In this document: in pieces, positions 48,176-61,213 of the stretch
Numbering within the stretch: the first letter of the stretch is position 1
How the letters are laid out: the number at the start of each line of letters is the position of its first letter
Assembly: GCF_001186125.1 (NCBI RefSeq)
Contig: NW_014040465.1
Span: 38,306 to 102,305, forward strand
Length of the DNA: 64,000 nt
Origin: Sphaeroforma arctica JP610
Taxonomy: Eukaryota
Direction of reading: 5' to 3'
Made by a program: the position numbers and the translations under genes
Notes under the pieces: model-generated
What the model saw: only the letters and a program-made list of their open reading frames with translations
What the model was told of the DNA's origin: nothing
Database searches by the model: none

Positions 48176-48552
48176 TGTAATAGCCGGGCCTCCACATTAG
48201 ACTCTATGTTATAAACGTACTCTTAAGCAGTACGTATACTGAAAACGTACTCTTAATAGTACAAGGAACTTAAGTTTCCTAAATGGTTTTTAATGAATTT
48301 ATTAATTAATACCTTTTCTATTTTACGTATCAGATATTTGAACAACGCCATTAAAAGACCCCAGTAAAATACCAAACATAAGAGTTGGTCTAGTTCTATT
48401 AATAGAACTATATTTACTTGCCAACTTTATTTATATCTGAATATTTCGGTAGCGAGATGGCTCAACCGAATATAGGTTTCTAGGGACTATTAACGTTACC
48501 TAGTTGATCCTCTGATATGCCAACCAGATGTGCCAGTCTGATGAAGGCTAAT
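48176..48552 (+). mobile_element. Truncated third copy of the same LTR, opposite orientation
   Basis: Starts TGTAATAGCCGGGCCTCCACATTAGACTCTATG and follows the reverse complement of ~41532-41896, including TAGTTCTATTAATAGAACTA and CGGTAGCGAGATGGCTCAACCGAA. Confidence 0.88.
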
Positions 48553-51361
48553 GATTAAAACCGATTGTTCTCGATAAAAACCGTTAAATTTTATAGGATT
48601 GGAGTAAGTTATTCAGTGGAATGTGGTTTAGGGCAAAAGAACACGAGTATTGTCAAATATATACTATTAACAAGAAAGGTGAGCGCGCATCATAAAACAG
48701 CGATGGATGATTCCGAGTCAGCTCACAAAGTGGTGAACAACTATGATACTCGCGTATCAATATGCAAATAGCGATCCAAGTTATGCAATTCCGATATAAA
48801 GTAAGAAATAAGGGAAGGGACGAAAAGTATGATCGAATAAACAAGAAACCAGCTGCGCACGATCTCACGACATCGATTAAAAAAGAAAGTGGGAAATTAT
48901 TCGTTTGAGCCGAATCTTTCACAGGCCGAAAATAGATGTGACGGGGAACAATCTATTGACTTCGATTTTGAAGCAGATGGAGAAGTGAGCTTTTGTGCAC
49001 AGGTGAATATCGCACAAACGAGAATTGTTCATCTACAATGTAAGTGTTGTAACTATGGAATGTAAGAGTACTGGTTTACACTCTTGAACTTGAAGTATCA
49101 GCTTTTTGATCTGAGCAAGCGCCACCACGTGCAACATCACTTTTGCATGGTGCACAATAGTAAGCACTATGTTCTTCATGGATAAGTTCAAACCTGACAA
49201 CCTATGGCAATAAACGTTAAAACTTGCTGAAAAATTGAACGTGACAATTAGTGAATGTGTTTTTTCACATATGACGTGTTGTTTCAGACCAATAGTTTGT
49301 AATGCGCTGATGGAAAGCCCCAGATGATACTTTTCTGTTCAACATCATTTACGGTGTCGGATGGTGTATGCATCCTCTGGGAGAGCTATTATTTTTATGT
49401 GGAGCGGTGTAACAATTTACACAATGGGTATGTAGATATTCACACTTGCTTATCAGCGCTTCCAGTCCAGATACTCTAATGTTTAAATTAGAATACACAT
49501 TCAAAGATAGGGACAAGCCATGCATAGCCGAGTTCGATGATTATTCGGAATGCTCTGAGAATACTGCGAGACATCACGTTCCAATACTCCACAGGGCACA
49601 AACTCATAAACTGCTGCTGATATGTTGTATAGTCCCCGAAGAGCAGTGGGACGAACAAGTGAATTTCTGTCAACTCAAACACGATTGCTAATATTTTAAA
49701 CAGTTGTTCATGCTCAGTAAATTGCGAAATTCATCCAGAGTGGGCTGCTGTTGACCAGACTGGCAAATTTTCGGGGGTGGAAATTTTACATCGCTTTATA
49801 GCAAGTTCTTATTTTTGTTGTTGTTCCTAATCTCCTTTTTGCGATTGTGATCAAACTTGGGGAAGAAACCATGTCTGTGTGTGTTCTTTTCTTCATGAAT
49901 ACTGCGATAATATTACTTCGTGGGAAACGCTTTCCTTTTTTCTGGAAAATGCTTCTCGCAAGGGCAAGGAGTGCGGCCTAGCTCTGGAGTCTCAAGACAA
50001 TACTTCGAACAGATGCATCTAGTAGCATCGAGAGGTATTCTAACATTCCAGTTCGGGATACACAGGCGGTCTTTGCATCTCGTTACATCATTATTAGGAT
50101 CTTTAATGAAAACAGAACCGACCGAAGCTCGGGGTTCTTTTGTAAAGTTTCCGAACTCCACCGGATAATGTTCTGGATCTGCATAGCAAACTACAGTCTA
50201 GGGCAAACCTTATCAGTTATAGTCTCGAGGAACGATTTTGGCGATCGCGTCGAACTGGGTCGGGGTTGAAGTTGCCACAAGTGGCGGTGGCTTTCGGTGG
50301 CTTGCAAAAATTAGTCCAAGTGCCTCGATTCATTCTAGAGTTAATGCAAAACGAGTATCTCAACGATTTGTCCATTTTTTTTCTGCTTCTTAGAGGAGCT
50401 GATAGAAGGATGTCGGGACAGTGCCTCACAGAATCATTACTTGGCTCAGTAAATAACAGATAAACCTGACAGCGAAGTCGAGTAAGAAGATAAAATCTAT
50501 TCTGCATCATAATTAGTGCATCAATTACCAACTTTGCGTATGGCTGGGAGCAACAAATGAGATTTAGTTCATTCAAGGTTTACAGTTCCAGTGTTTGTTC
50601 GTTGACTGCAAATCTGAAATCATTGCACATCGCCCGCATTAGAGCAGAGACACATGACAGTGTTTGTCATATTTCAGTTCTTTCGAATTCGTTGTTGATA
50701 TATATCAATTACTTGCTGATAGATTCAAATAGGAAACCAACGATGGCAAACGCAAACTGAAGATATATAAAACATATCACCAATTTTTGAACAGGGAAAG
50801 CTATTACATATATAGTGCCTTAGACAAACCAATTATTCACGCAAAAAGAAAAGAAAAGAATTTTAGTGGAATTATAATTCTTTAATCTTTGTTGGTACGA
50901 ACAGCTACAAACTGTTTCCGTAATATGTGTCGTACGTGAAGTGATGCGATTGCAACTCCTCGCACTCTTCACGGTGCTCTCAGCTAAGATAGGTCTCTTG
51001 CCGTGACCTCTATTGGGCTGACATCATCTGCAAGATAGTTTTGAAATTTATAGATTAAAGAGAAGACACAGCTATGAAAACCTTTAACTTATCTGGCTGC
51101 CATACCATATCAAGCTATTGAGTCAATCAATACAAGGGCGATCGTGGCTAGCAATTTGAGTCTTCCGTCCAAAAACATACAAACCAAGGTGTAAGAAAAT
51201 TACTAAGTCTATCATACATACCAAAGTGATATCTGAGTATGCAAAAGTATCATCGCTGGCGTAGCAACACTGTGCTATATCATAGTTATTCATATATTAC
51301 GGAATTCAGGTTCCGGCTTACCTTTCGATGTACTAATATTGTCGCTAGTCTCATTCTCATC

Positions 51362-54300
51362 CTACTTTCCTGCTGTATTATCGTCGCTAGTCTCTGCTTC
51401 ATCCCCATTGCCTGTTGCAGTCCTGTCTTCAGTTTCGTTCCTTTTCTTGCTCGTTATTGTGGCGTCCGCAGCCACACTTGGGCTCTTTGTCGCGTCCTCC
51501 ACCGGGCTGACAGCATCTGCAAATAAAGTATAAGGTTATAAAGTGTATCAAGTACATATAACGCCTGTTGCCTCTTCTCCCCACATAACACACCACGCTA
51601 GTGAGTTGAGTATTCCGCAGATGAGCACAGCTAGCCATCGGTGTGTTCTTCTGTCCAAACACGTGAACCCACGCCAAAAAAAATTAAGCAAAACTCTGAT
51701 TCTCACTGGATTAGGAACAATGACGCAAAAGTATTATCCATGTGGGTACTGCTGATCGGTAACCATTCAATAAATTCGGTGTTATGATTTCGGCTTACCT
51801 TTCAATGTATCAATATCGCCGCCGGACTCCGTCTCATCCTTGTTTCCAGCTGCATCGCCGCCTTCAAATTCGTTCCTATTTGAGGTAAACACATATACGC
51901 TCTTGTATTAATGCTGCTAAGGATTTGAGGACAAGCACTCGGCATATCACTCACACAAGAACGAGCTCTCACTGGACAAGAAAAGGCATATAACCGGATA
52001 GTCGACCCACTAAGCATAATTCGGATGGACACGGACATATTCATACCTTCGATTTGGGTCAACGGGATAAACCCACTTCTGATACAGGTATACGAAGAAG
52101 ATTACATCTGCAACGTCCAAGCATTCATGATTTGAGCATAAATCGAAAGAAGTGGGACAAATGAAATTAACTAAGGATGATTTGTCGATTGAGAACAAGA
52201 CATGCCTCACGTGCCTGTAGGTGCGGGGGCTGAAAATAGAAACTTCCGTACGTAGAATTTGTCATCAAGGGTAGGAATCAAATCGACAACCGAATCATGA
52301 AGCTTTTGAGAACGGAATGGCACTAAATACACACATCCAAGCCTATAATTTGGTACAAAATGTACGGCATTCGCTCTCAAAAAGGAGTAATGTGGAGTTT
52401 CGCCACTGCGAATAAGTACTTCGGAAACAAACTGAGAAATCAATTTCGAGGTTTGCACATTTGAATATCGATCCAAGCAGTGGACACCCTAATTCACTCG
52501 TTTACCATCACGCAAGCACGCCAGTCTGTGCAGCCACGGCATTGTAATGATGAAGGCGAAGAGATCATCGATGAAGGTGTTAAGGGCCTTGTAAGTCATC
52601 ATCCGCCAAGGCATGTGCGCAACCGACTTCAGTTTGTAATTGATGAACAGTTGCGGCGTCATGGCGATAAAACCTGCATCATAGTCAATTGGATGTACGT
52701 TTTTAGAAAACGCATCACGATTCTGGCGTGTGTTGATAGCTTCCACTTGGGAAACATATGGATCGATTTGTTCTCCAATCTTGTATCCAAGTCAAGATTA
52801 TCTGTGCGTGTTTTATGGCGCAAATCAATACACCAAGCATGCATTGCTTGGCTAGTTGATCCCGGCGCATGCCCATAGAGCTATGCTGGTTACCGATTGA
52901 AGATCATCGTGCAGCAGGGATGATGGTCGATCAGTTTGGGAATCAATTGTGAAGCAGTCTGATCGGTAGTCCACATACCGAAAGTGTAGATGGCACCAAC
53001 CAAGCTATTAATGACCCACGAGTAGACACTCTTATATTCGTTGTAGTATAGTGCATAGATCGAGTACAGGGCAATGCACGGTCCCAGGAGTTTCCCGAGG
53101 AAGGAATAAGCGTACTGCAGTGAGAAGCCAGAACGAGGTTGGGTTAGGTCACAACATAAAATGACGCAGACAACAACGGGTATCTACAGGCGAAGAAGCC
53201 ACGTCAAATGCAGTGCGCGAATACTCCCACCTTCTGCCAGGCCATTCAATTGGCTCATAATCTAATGATAATCAAAGAAGTTGAGCGCATAGCCCATTTA
53301 CATCCAGGATTCGCCACAGAAGGCCCACAAGACAACAACTTCAGAGAACTACAAACCCGTGCCAGCGCAATACAACGCACATAACTGATGAACGTACCGC
53401 AGGCATCGAGCATGCTTTATCACACACCAAGATATTCACGATTCTTTGAATACAACTCATTGAACATGTCTGAATAAATACATCACATGCATCGTGCGTG
53501 TTACCACTTACGTCATCGTATTCCTTGGTCTTAGACACAGCGTATGACTTCTTATCGTCGAAGCTAACTTTCGGTATAATGCCGAACCACCTCTGATTGT
53601 GATGCACAGTGACATCCGAGGCCTTAGTGACTTTCCACATCTCAATCAGAATACCTGTGCCCGTACTGACAAATCAGTAGGGAACGACAAATGAGTACAC
53701 ACGAAAATAATATGCTCGATACAAGCCTGAGGCTATGGATAAACTCGTACCGCATCGAAGTGCCAATGTCATGGTAGCTCTAATATTAGCCAAAGGCTTA
53801 AAACACACTGTTGTATGTCTGTGTGAAGACGTTGCGTCACTTAACTTTCCAACCGAAGTGAACGGATACGACTACCGCGTACAAGAACAAGCACATATAC
53901 ACACGCACACACTCGGGATCATACGACCACCCAAACATATGATTTGTACAATTTATAGATACGAAAGCCGAACTTGATTCCGAGACAGCCAAAAATACTG
54001 TATATCCTATTGCAATCGAATTTAAGAACTGCTCATTAGGACAGGGCCATAGCCACCGATAGATACGAGTAGAGAGCCTTATTCATCGCGTTGAAAGCAC
54101 AATTGCGACGGGCAGATTCAAGGCAATACCTGAAAAGTATCATGGCGCTGGTTTCGTTGTCTACCAGGTACAAGAAGATCACAATTTGGAAAAAGAGGTT
54201 GGTAAAGATGGTCCGGATGGACAACCCTTCTACAGACTTGCGGTTCTTCCAGAATTGAATATCTGTGATGTATTGAAGTCGGAATTTGAGGTAAAATTGG

Positions 54301-57300
54301 GTCTTTTGCGCAAACAAGCATTTTAGGATTTGCCCGTTGGACACTGATAGATTGCTTATGACACTTGCAATTGTACTGCGGTTTAAAGTTGGCTGCATGT
54401 CATTCAACATATTATCCCGGCCCGTATATACAATTTGACGAGTGCATAAGTTAAATATTGCCGGAAACTGCGTATGAATGTAATGTATATTAAAAATTGA
54501 TGTGCACAGACACCTATACATATCACATTGGTGGCAAGACAATATATATATATATATTTAGGGGCATACCATTTTTGAACGCGAGTATGTCGAATACCGT
54601 GTGCAGAACGGTGACAATCATGGTCACCACCAGCAGGATGGGATTAGTGTCGGTCAACATGCGCTTCATCATATCAGATTCGCCCGCCGCAGCACCCCCC
54701 TATGCAATACGTGAGAACAGCACATGTGGAATGAATATATATACACGAATCTGTACACAGCAGCGCCATCGTTATGTACACATACAACTATATATCGAGA
54801 TTAGTGTATGAGCAGATGGTCTGCGTACTTGCTGACGCATGTATGAGTGAACTGGAAGGGAGGCGGGCTCGAATATGTCAGCGACAGCTATAGTATTTTG
54901 CAATATTGCAGCGCGCATGCAGAATACTCTTAGACAACAAGATGTCAATATGCCCAGAAGCATCACAACATCTGCTACTACGGCACTAGCATCACTTGAA
55001 CGGTAGCGATACGCATCGGATTGATTTGAGAGAATACCGAAGTAAACACTCAATACCACCGACCTCGTGGAGGACAATTCAACCACAAATTCGCGACTCC
55101 ATAGACTCAGAGACATACAAACATTTGCTGCTGTCTCATTGACTCCTTCATGGACAGAAAGAAGTTCCATTTGAAGAGGCCCACGGGATATACTTGCAGA
55201 TGCACCTGGAGTGTGTCCAGAGTATCATTCACGGGGATGCGATCTTCCTGAGAAAATCATGCCAACAGTAGCGTATGTTAGAAAGAGTCGCGAAGCGTGA
55301 ATGGGGGGGGGGGGGGGAAGGGGCAGTAGGGTTGACTGGCTGTTTGAAAAAGTGACATAATAGACTATTCCTATCGTAGTATTGCAACACGAACAATGCA
55401 TGCCAATTCATAGGGGAAAAGTCTATACCAAGGTATATAAATATAACTGATATAGCAGATACAATATATATATATACATAAATACATAAATACGTACATG
55501 CATACATATAGATATGTTTATATATACATATTGTACACGTATATATATATATATATATATATAAATATATATATTCATAAATCCATATACATATACATGT
55601 ATACGCACACACACACATATATATATATTTATACACACATACACACACATATATATATATTATGTATATCCAAATTTATATGGTATACTGCAACATGGGA
55701 TACTCACCGCGAGGTTCCAGAAATTGTTAACGTATATGACGTTGTCGTATGTAAGGCTTTCATCGTTAAAGTTAAGATACTGCAGGCATGGCTCTGGGAG
55801 CTGTTTACGAGCGATCTTTCCCATGTCGTAAACAAGATTGATCGTTATATTCCTGGGCGATGAGAAGTCGTCGTGTATGTTATAGCTTCACTTTAGTTGT
55901 GTGCAGTAGAGCTCGCAAGGGGTATGATAGTTACAACTCACTACCGAAATTGCGAAGCATGGATCACATCGCAGACGAAACAACAATGGCGGACTTTTGT
56001 GTGGAAGACTACGGCATCACAACAGACGGGAGTCGATGAACAATACATTTGGACAACTTACGGGTGCCAGTAAGCGATGATGGTTCCGTCTGCATGAGGC
56101 GTAGGTGTTGGTTCCGCATTCGCGTCCACTTCATCTTCTGTACCAGGACTCACGGAGATAGGTAGGTGAGAACAAGAACACCTTATATCGGAATATACTG
56201 TCCCATTTGATACATAGTCTATAAGGGCACTGAGATAACTGCTGTCGTCTTGTCTCCGCATGAACACTTTCAACTATATCGATTTTAAAGTGTATGCGCA
56301 CTCGTAACACTATTCCACAAATATTTATCACCAAACCCAAACCAAAATATATGGCAACTCAACAACTATGGCAACGAATTTGGGAGGCATGCTCGACATA
56401 TCTATTGCCTATGTGTATGTGCAATCTACCCTGTATGTGTGTGAATTCAAAACAAGGACCTAAACCCTAAAACGTGACCCATTCCGAATGCCTCACCGAA
56501 CAGCAGGCGTTTCTTCGTGTTGGCTTTTGCAACCTCCTTGTATATAGTCAGCTGTTGCGTCCTGGTAACTATAACAGCGTCACCGTTCGTCTCCCCACTG
56601 CACTCATCTCCAACTGCGCTACACGAATCCACGGCACTACCAAGCAAGTGGGCGGGGCCTGACAGCACCACGTGCACATAGAGTGAACCGTTGTTCTTGA
56701 CGTTGTCCGATATGGGAAGAGCGTGTGTGATGGCAAAGCTCGGGTCGATGTCGGGGTGTTGGCTCCAGTTACCGATGGCCAGACTTTTCTCCCAGATGGC
56801 TGCCGTCTGAACGAGTGGTATAGTGTGTAATCAGCGACGTGGGGAAGATTGGAGAAGAATAGGAAGATCGCAGGTCAGTTGGAATATTCATGTACGGAAC
56901 AGGTATATACGTGTTGATAATCAATATTTATGAAGAGTTTGGATCACGAGACTAGAGTAAATAGAATTCAAATCGGGTATTGTAGCAATCATAGGATCAG
57001 AATTCGGTTTTAGTATCTGAAATACTTACAAGATACATCTATCAGAATTACAACAGTTCGATTCTTGGATGCGTCTATATTGTAGTATCTATGTGAACCG
57101 GATCTCAAGTTTGTATCGTAATAGTTATACTCAATCACCGGGAATTCTTATAACACACTACTGGTATGTACTTTATATTCACCAAAAGAGTAAAGCAATA
57201 TAATGACACTCACAAACGAGCTTCTACAAACGAACTGTGCATAAGCAAGTGTCGTGAGAGTTTATTCAGATCCACGAAGCTATCAAGCGGACTTTCATCC

Positions 57301-58911
57301 CAACCCTCAGGTAGGAAAGTATATACCTGTAAATGAGCTATGTGAGTTCCCGGCAAGTGTGTGTTCAGATCGCAAACAAACCGGATAGATAGAGCGAATG
57401 AAAGACTATCAACTACCAATGAACCGAAAACACACACACTAACACATGCCAGCCGTCAATGGGGTTGAATAACCAGCGCCAGATTGTCACTACTGACTGA
57501 AAAGATCACATACTTCGCTCGGATTTAAGCCAAAACTTGACTGCTCGTTGATGTAGATGCTCATGTAGGCTTCCGCTCCGTCGGCAAACAATGGGTCATA
57601 GAACACGTGCCCCTGCCTGAAAAATCAAAGTACAAGTGAGTTGCCATACCACAACACTCATACACAAAATACTAGGCATGCCGACAGATTGGGAACAGTT
57701 CATGGAAATCATACTCTCCACACCTTAGCTGTTCTCCTTTCAAGAAAAGCAGGAGCTCAACAACACACACAACTAAACTACTGTGAGACTGCTAATGCCC
57801 GGCCACTATGGTACTAATCAGTAGAATCGGACAACTACTAACTAACATGCAACCAATGAAATCAATCTACTGCACATACACTTCTAAAGTCTCAGTAACA
57901 GATACTTCACATGCCTGGGGGCAGCAGAGCTCACACCGGCCACTCCCGAGACACCAGATGCAGCAGCTGCGTCTCTCTTCTCCTGGGGCGCTGCCCTATT
58001 GGCTGCAACAGAAGCAGTAAAAAAGGTTGGATGTGTTTTAAAATCGATGTGTTTGTGTGTGTGTAGTAATAGTATGACATGCAAGGTGTATATCGGTACA
58101 AAATATCTTCTAGGTTTGAGTTATGAAGCATAACATCTGTTTATAGAAGATTGTGACGTGATTAGTACGTTATTTTTGACGACAGATGGTGTCTCTTGTG
58201 CGACGCTCTGCCACATACATCGGCAGTGATGAGTACTCTGATAAATACACTACCGGTAAGAAAGAATACTATCCAATGCGCAGTGCATCGTCTCAGTCCG
58301 GGAAGCTATGTCAGTAGTGTTAGCGATAACGATAACAGAAAAATCAGTGCCGATGTCCGCGGTCAATGGTTGTGGCTACGAGGGCATCCATTCAGCTGAC
58401 CAAATGCTTCGTTGACCACACTAATGTTTATGGAGCAGTGCTGGTCTATGTTGGTGCTGGTGTGGATAGTGGTGACCATTTTCCCTACAGGAGCACCTCT
58501 ACACATTATTCCGTGTCAATAGCAACGAGCATCTATGTGTGCGGGTGAAACTTCTCTTGAACAAAGCAAATGTACTATCCTTGCCAGCCAGTCGTCAACT
58601 GTACCAGTCTATGCGACTAGCCGATGCAATCTGCGTTTGATACCAGATTACAATGAGATGGTGCATAGCTTACTTTGTCGTTGTGAGGTGTATCATACAG
58701 CTAATAAAACAGTCTATAACGAGTTTGAACACAGATTAGAGTTGATTTTGTGAGTCAAAATGTTCAACATAGCCTAAGGGGATCGATGATCGTACATGGA
58801 TGAAACGCAATAAAAAACTCACGAGCAAATATAAATGCAGGTATTCATACAAAAATCTATATAACAAATTAAGTAAAAATAAACACATAAAGCGCTTACA
58901 AACATATTCTT

Positions 58912-58951
<40 letters not shown>

Positions 58952-59263
58952 ATGATATATACACACACACACGCACACTACGCATACACACACACACACA
59001 GACACACACTACACACACNNNNNNNNNNNNNNNNNNNNTATATATATAGCTATCGTAGTGTAACAAAGAGGTGAGCCAATTAAGTACATTATCACAAGCA
59101 GTTTGATGTAGCAATATTCTCACTTACCGATAAAAAACTGATAGACGAACATAAAGAACATCGTTTGCAGTACTACCCTAAGCCAAGGAACAGCAGTTGT
59201 ATTTGTGTCTTCTGCATCTTGCTCCCCTCCGGAACGGGCAGCTGGGGGCCTTGGGACGGCCAT
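51362..59263 (-). CDS. CLPTM1: CLPTM1/CLPTM1L-family multi-pass membrane protein (putative lipid scramblase), spliced
   Basis: First exon 59263-59128 (MAVPRPP...VVLQTMFFMFVYQFFI). Motif exons: VKNNGSLYAHVV...KKRLL (~56808-56477); IIAYWHP; DTNPILLVVTMIVTVLHTVFDILAFKN (~54700-54571); DIQFWKNRKSVEGLSIRT; IEMWKVTKA...SKTKEYD; MTPQLFINYKLKSVAHMPWRMMTYKALNTFIDDLFAFIITMPWLHRLACLRD (~52674-52505); DVIFFVYLYQKWVYPVDPNR; NEFEGG. Stop at 51362-51364. Confidence 0.93.
58410..58830 (-). mobile_element. Decayed Tc1/IS630-like transposase fragment (copy 1, CLPTM1 intron 1)
   Basis: Colinear similarity to 62730-63170 (e.g. GTTTATGG.GCA.T..TGGTC.ATGTTGGTGC, GCGACTAGCCGATGCAATCTGCG). Confidence 0.6.
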
Positions 59264-60461
59264 TCAAATGTATAGTGATTAGGATTACAGACCTTGACTC
59301 GTTCAGACCTTTGTGTTATGCTACCTCGTGGCTCATATCGAAAACTGAAATACCCTAATTCACCAAATAAAACAACTTTTGTACAAATCAGTGAAATCAC
59401 ACCGGTGGGTTTTAAAACATAAAGGAGGTGTAAATATGTCAATATATTTTATGGGCGGCTGTTGCTCAGTGACGTCAAGTGCACCTGTCAACACTTGTGA
59501 ACACGCACATTGTAAAAAAAATATGCCACCAAAAAAGGGGATCGGTTTGGCGCCAATTTTGTCTGGTCATAATGATAAATAGAAGGCTTTTTATCGATTT
59601 TCACCCCAAAAAAATAAAAAAAGTTTATTTTCTGAAAGTATCTGTTTTTTAAAAAGCCTATAGGCAACCGCCAATCCGCCATTGCCTTCTATTTTTTCAT
59701 TTTTTTTTAGAGTATATACATACAGAGGGAAGGCTAAATATGCATATTGCATAGTGATAGCCCCTTAAAAAAATATTTAGCAAATAGGGAGGCTTTTATC
59801 AGCTGGGCAAGTATAGGGCTGGTATAAGACAGCACTTTTCGCTATGACGACATGATAACACCGTCGGAAACTACTTCGCTATGACGACATCCGGACGTCC
59901 TGTCTTATTACAGTCAGAAGTGCGATATACGCGGCGCCCATGGCTGAACGCCATGGCCGCACTCACAGGCTCACAAGTCACAGCGGCAGTGCACATTGCA
60001 CAAATTGCCATTGGAGGCTTTGGAGCTAAAACCCCTGACACACAACTTGCCTGATATTCACTTTTAGAGAACCACCAATAATAATAGAAAGATTAGTATC
60101 TGAGCTGCAAAATATGTGGGATCCCGATCCGTCAAGATCGACCTTTTTTATATATACAAAAATAAGAATTCTCGCCTATAACTAGGATATTGCATATTCC
60201 ATAATCCATAGTCCACATAAAGACTATAGAGTATAGAGTATAAAGGCTGGCAGCTGGCTGCTCTGCTGGTATAGTCTAGGCATTTTTGATTTTAGGCTCC
60301 TCTCTACGGAGAGTGTGTAAATATGTAATTTTTTTGATATCGTATCGTATATACAAATATAATAAATAGAGTAATAAATACCAAAATTTACCTCAATTCT
60401 TCAATTTGTTCATTACAAGTATAACTTTTATACAGCAAAAATTTACTTATTATTTATTATC

Positions 60462-61213
60462 ATGACAGATCAACAGCAAACAATCCATCAATCCCCTGTA
60501 GAACGGGTGGTCAGCTACCAGCCGGTACAGACCGCAACCGGTGTAGCCGTGAATCTCTATTCAAAGGCGACAGAGACGAATCGATATGTCAAGTAAGTCG
60601 TTTGTGGTTGCTCAGCTATGTTTTCAAGTGTTCATCAAGCCAATTGCTGTTCTGTAGTATGCTGTGGTTGTCTAGTATGTGTGGAAATAACGTGAATGCG
60701 ACAACTAGTCTTTAGTAAACCGCACGATGTCCAATATGATTTACACAAACTTATACGCATATATAATCATCTGCGTTTCACAGAAGAGTCCTAGAAACCG
60801 GCGAAGGACTCCTCAAGCAAGGTTCAGCGGTTATCTGGCCATACGTCCAGCCCGGTCTACAGCGCCTCGAGCCTACAGTTAATGCACAACTAGACTACCT
60901 TGGGGAGAAAGCACCTCAGGTACAAGAGTTTGCAGCTCAAAAGTACAATAAGACCTCGGCACGCGCTGGCGAAACTGTTGGGGCTATGCAAGCACAGGCT
61001 GGAGCTGCAGCTGAGGCAGTGCAGGCCAGGGCGGCTGATGCAAAGAAAGCAGCAGCTGACTGCTACAACACTACCGCACAGACTGTGGCGGAGAGAGCTA
61101 CCGAGTTGTATGACAATACAACGAAGGCTATTGAGGCGAATGTGGATTATTATCTACTCCCAGCCTCAGCCGAAGACGAGAAAGAGCTTTCCCTCGTCTT
61201 CGGTCCAGGCTAA
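60462..61213 (+). CDS. Perilipin-like (PAT domain) lipid-droplet protein, truncated by a downstream inversion
   Basis: Exon 60462-60592 (MTDQQQ...SPVERVVSYQPVQTATGVAVNLYSKATETNRYVK) splices in frame to 60784-61213 (RVLETGEGLL...VQPGLQRLEPTVNAQLDYLGEK, Ala-rich 11-mer-like repeats, VDYYLLP). The last codons and the stop come from the inverted block. Confidence 0.65.
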
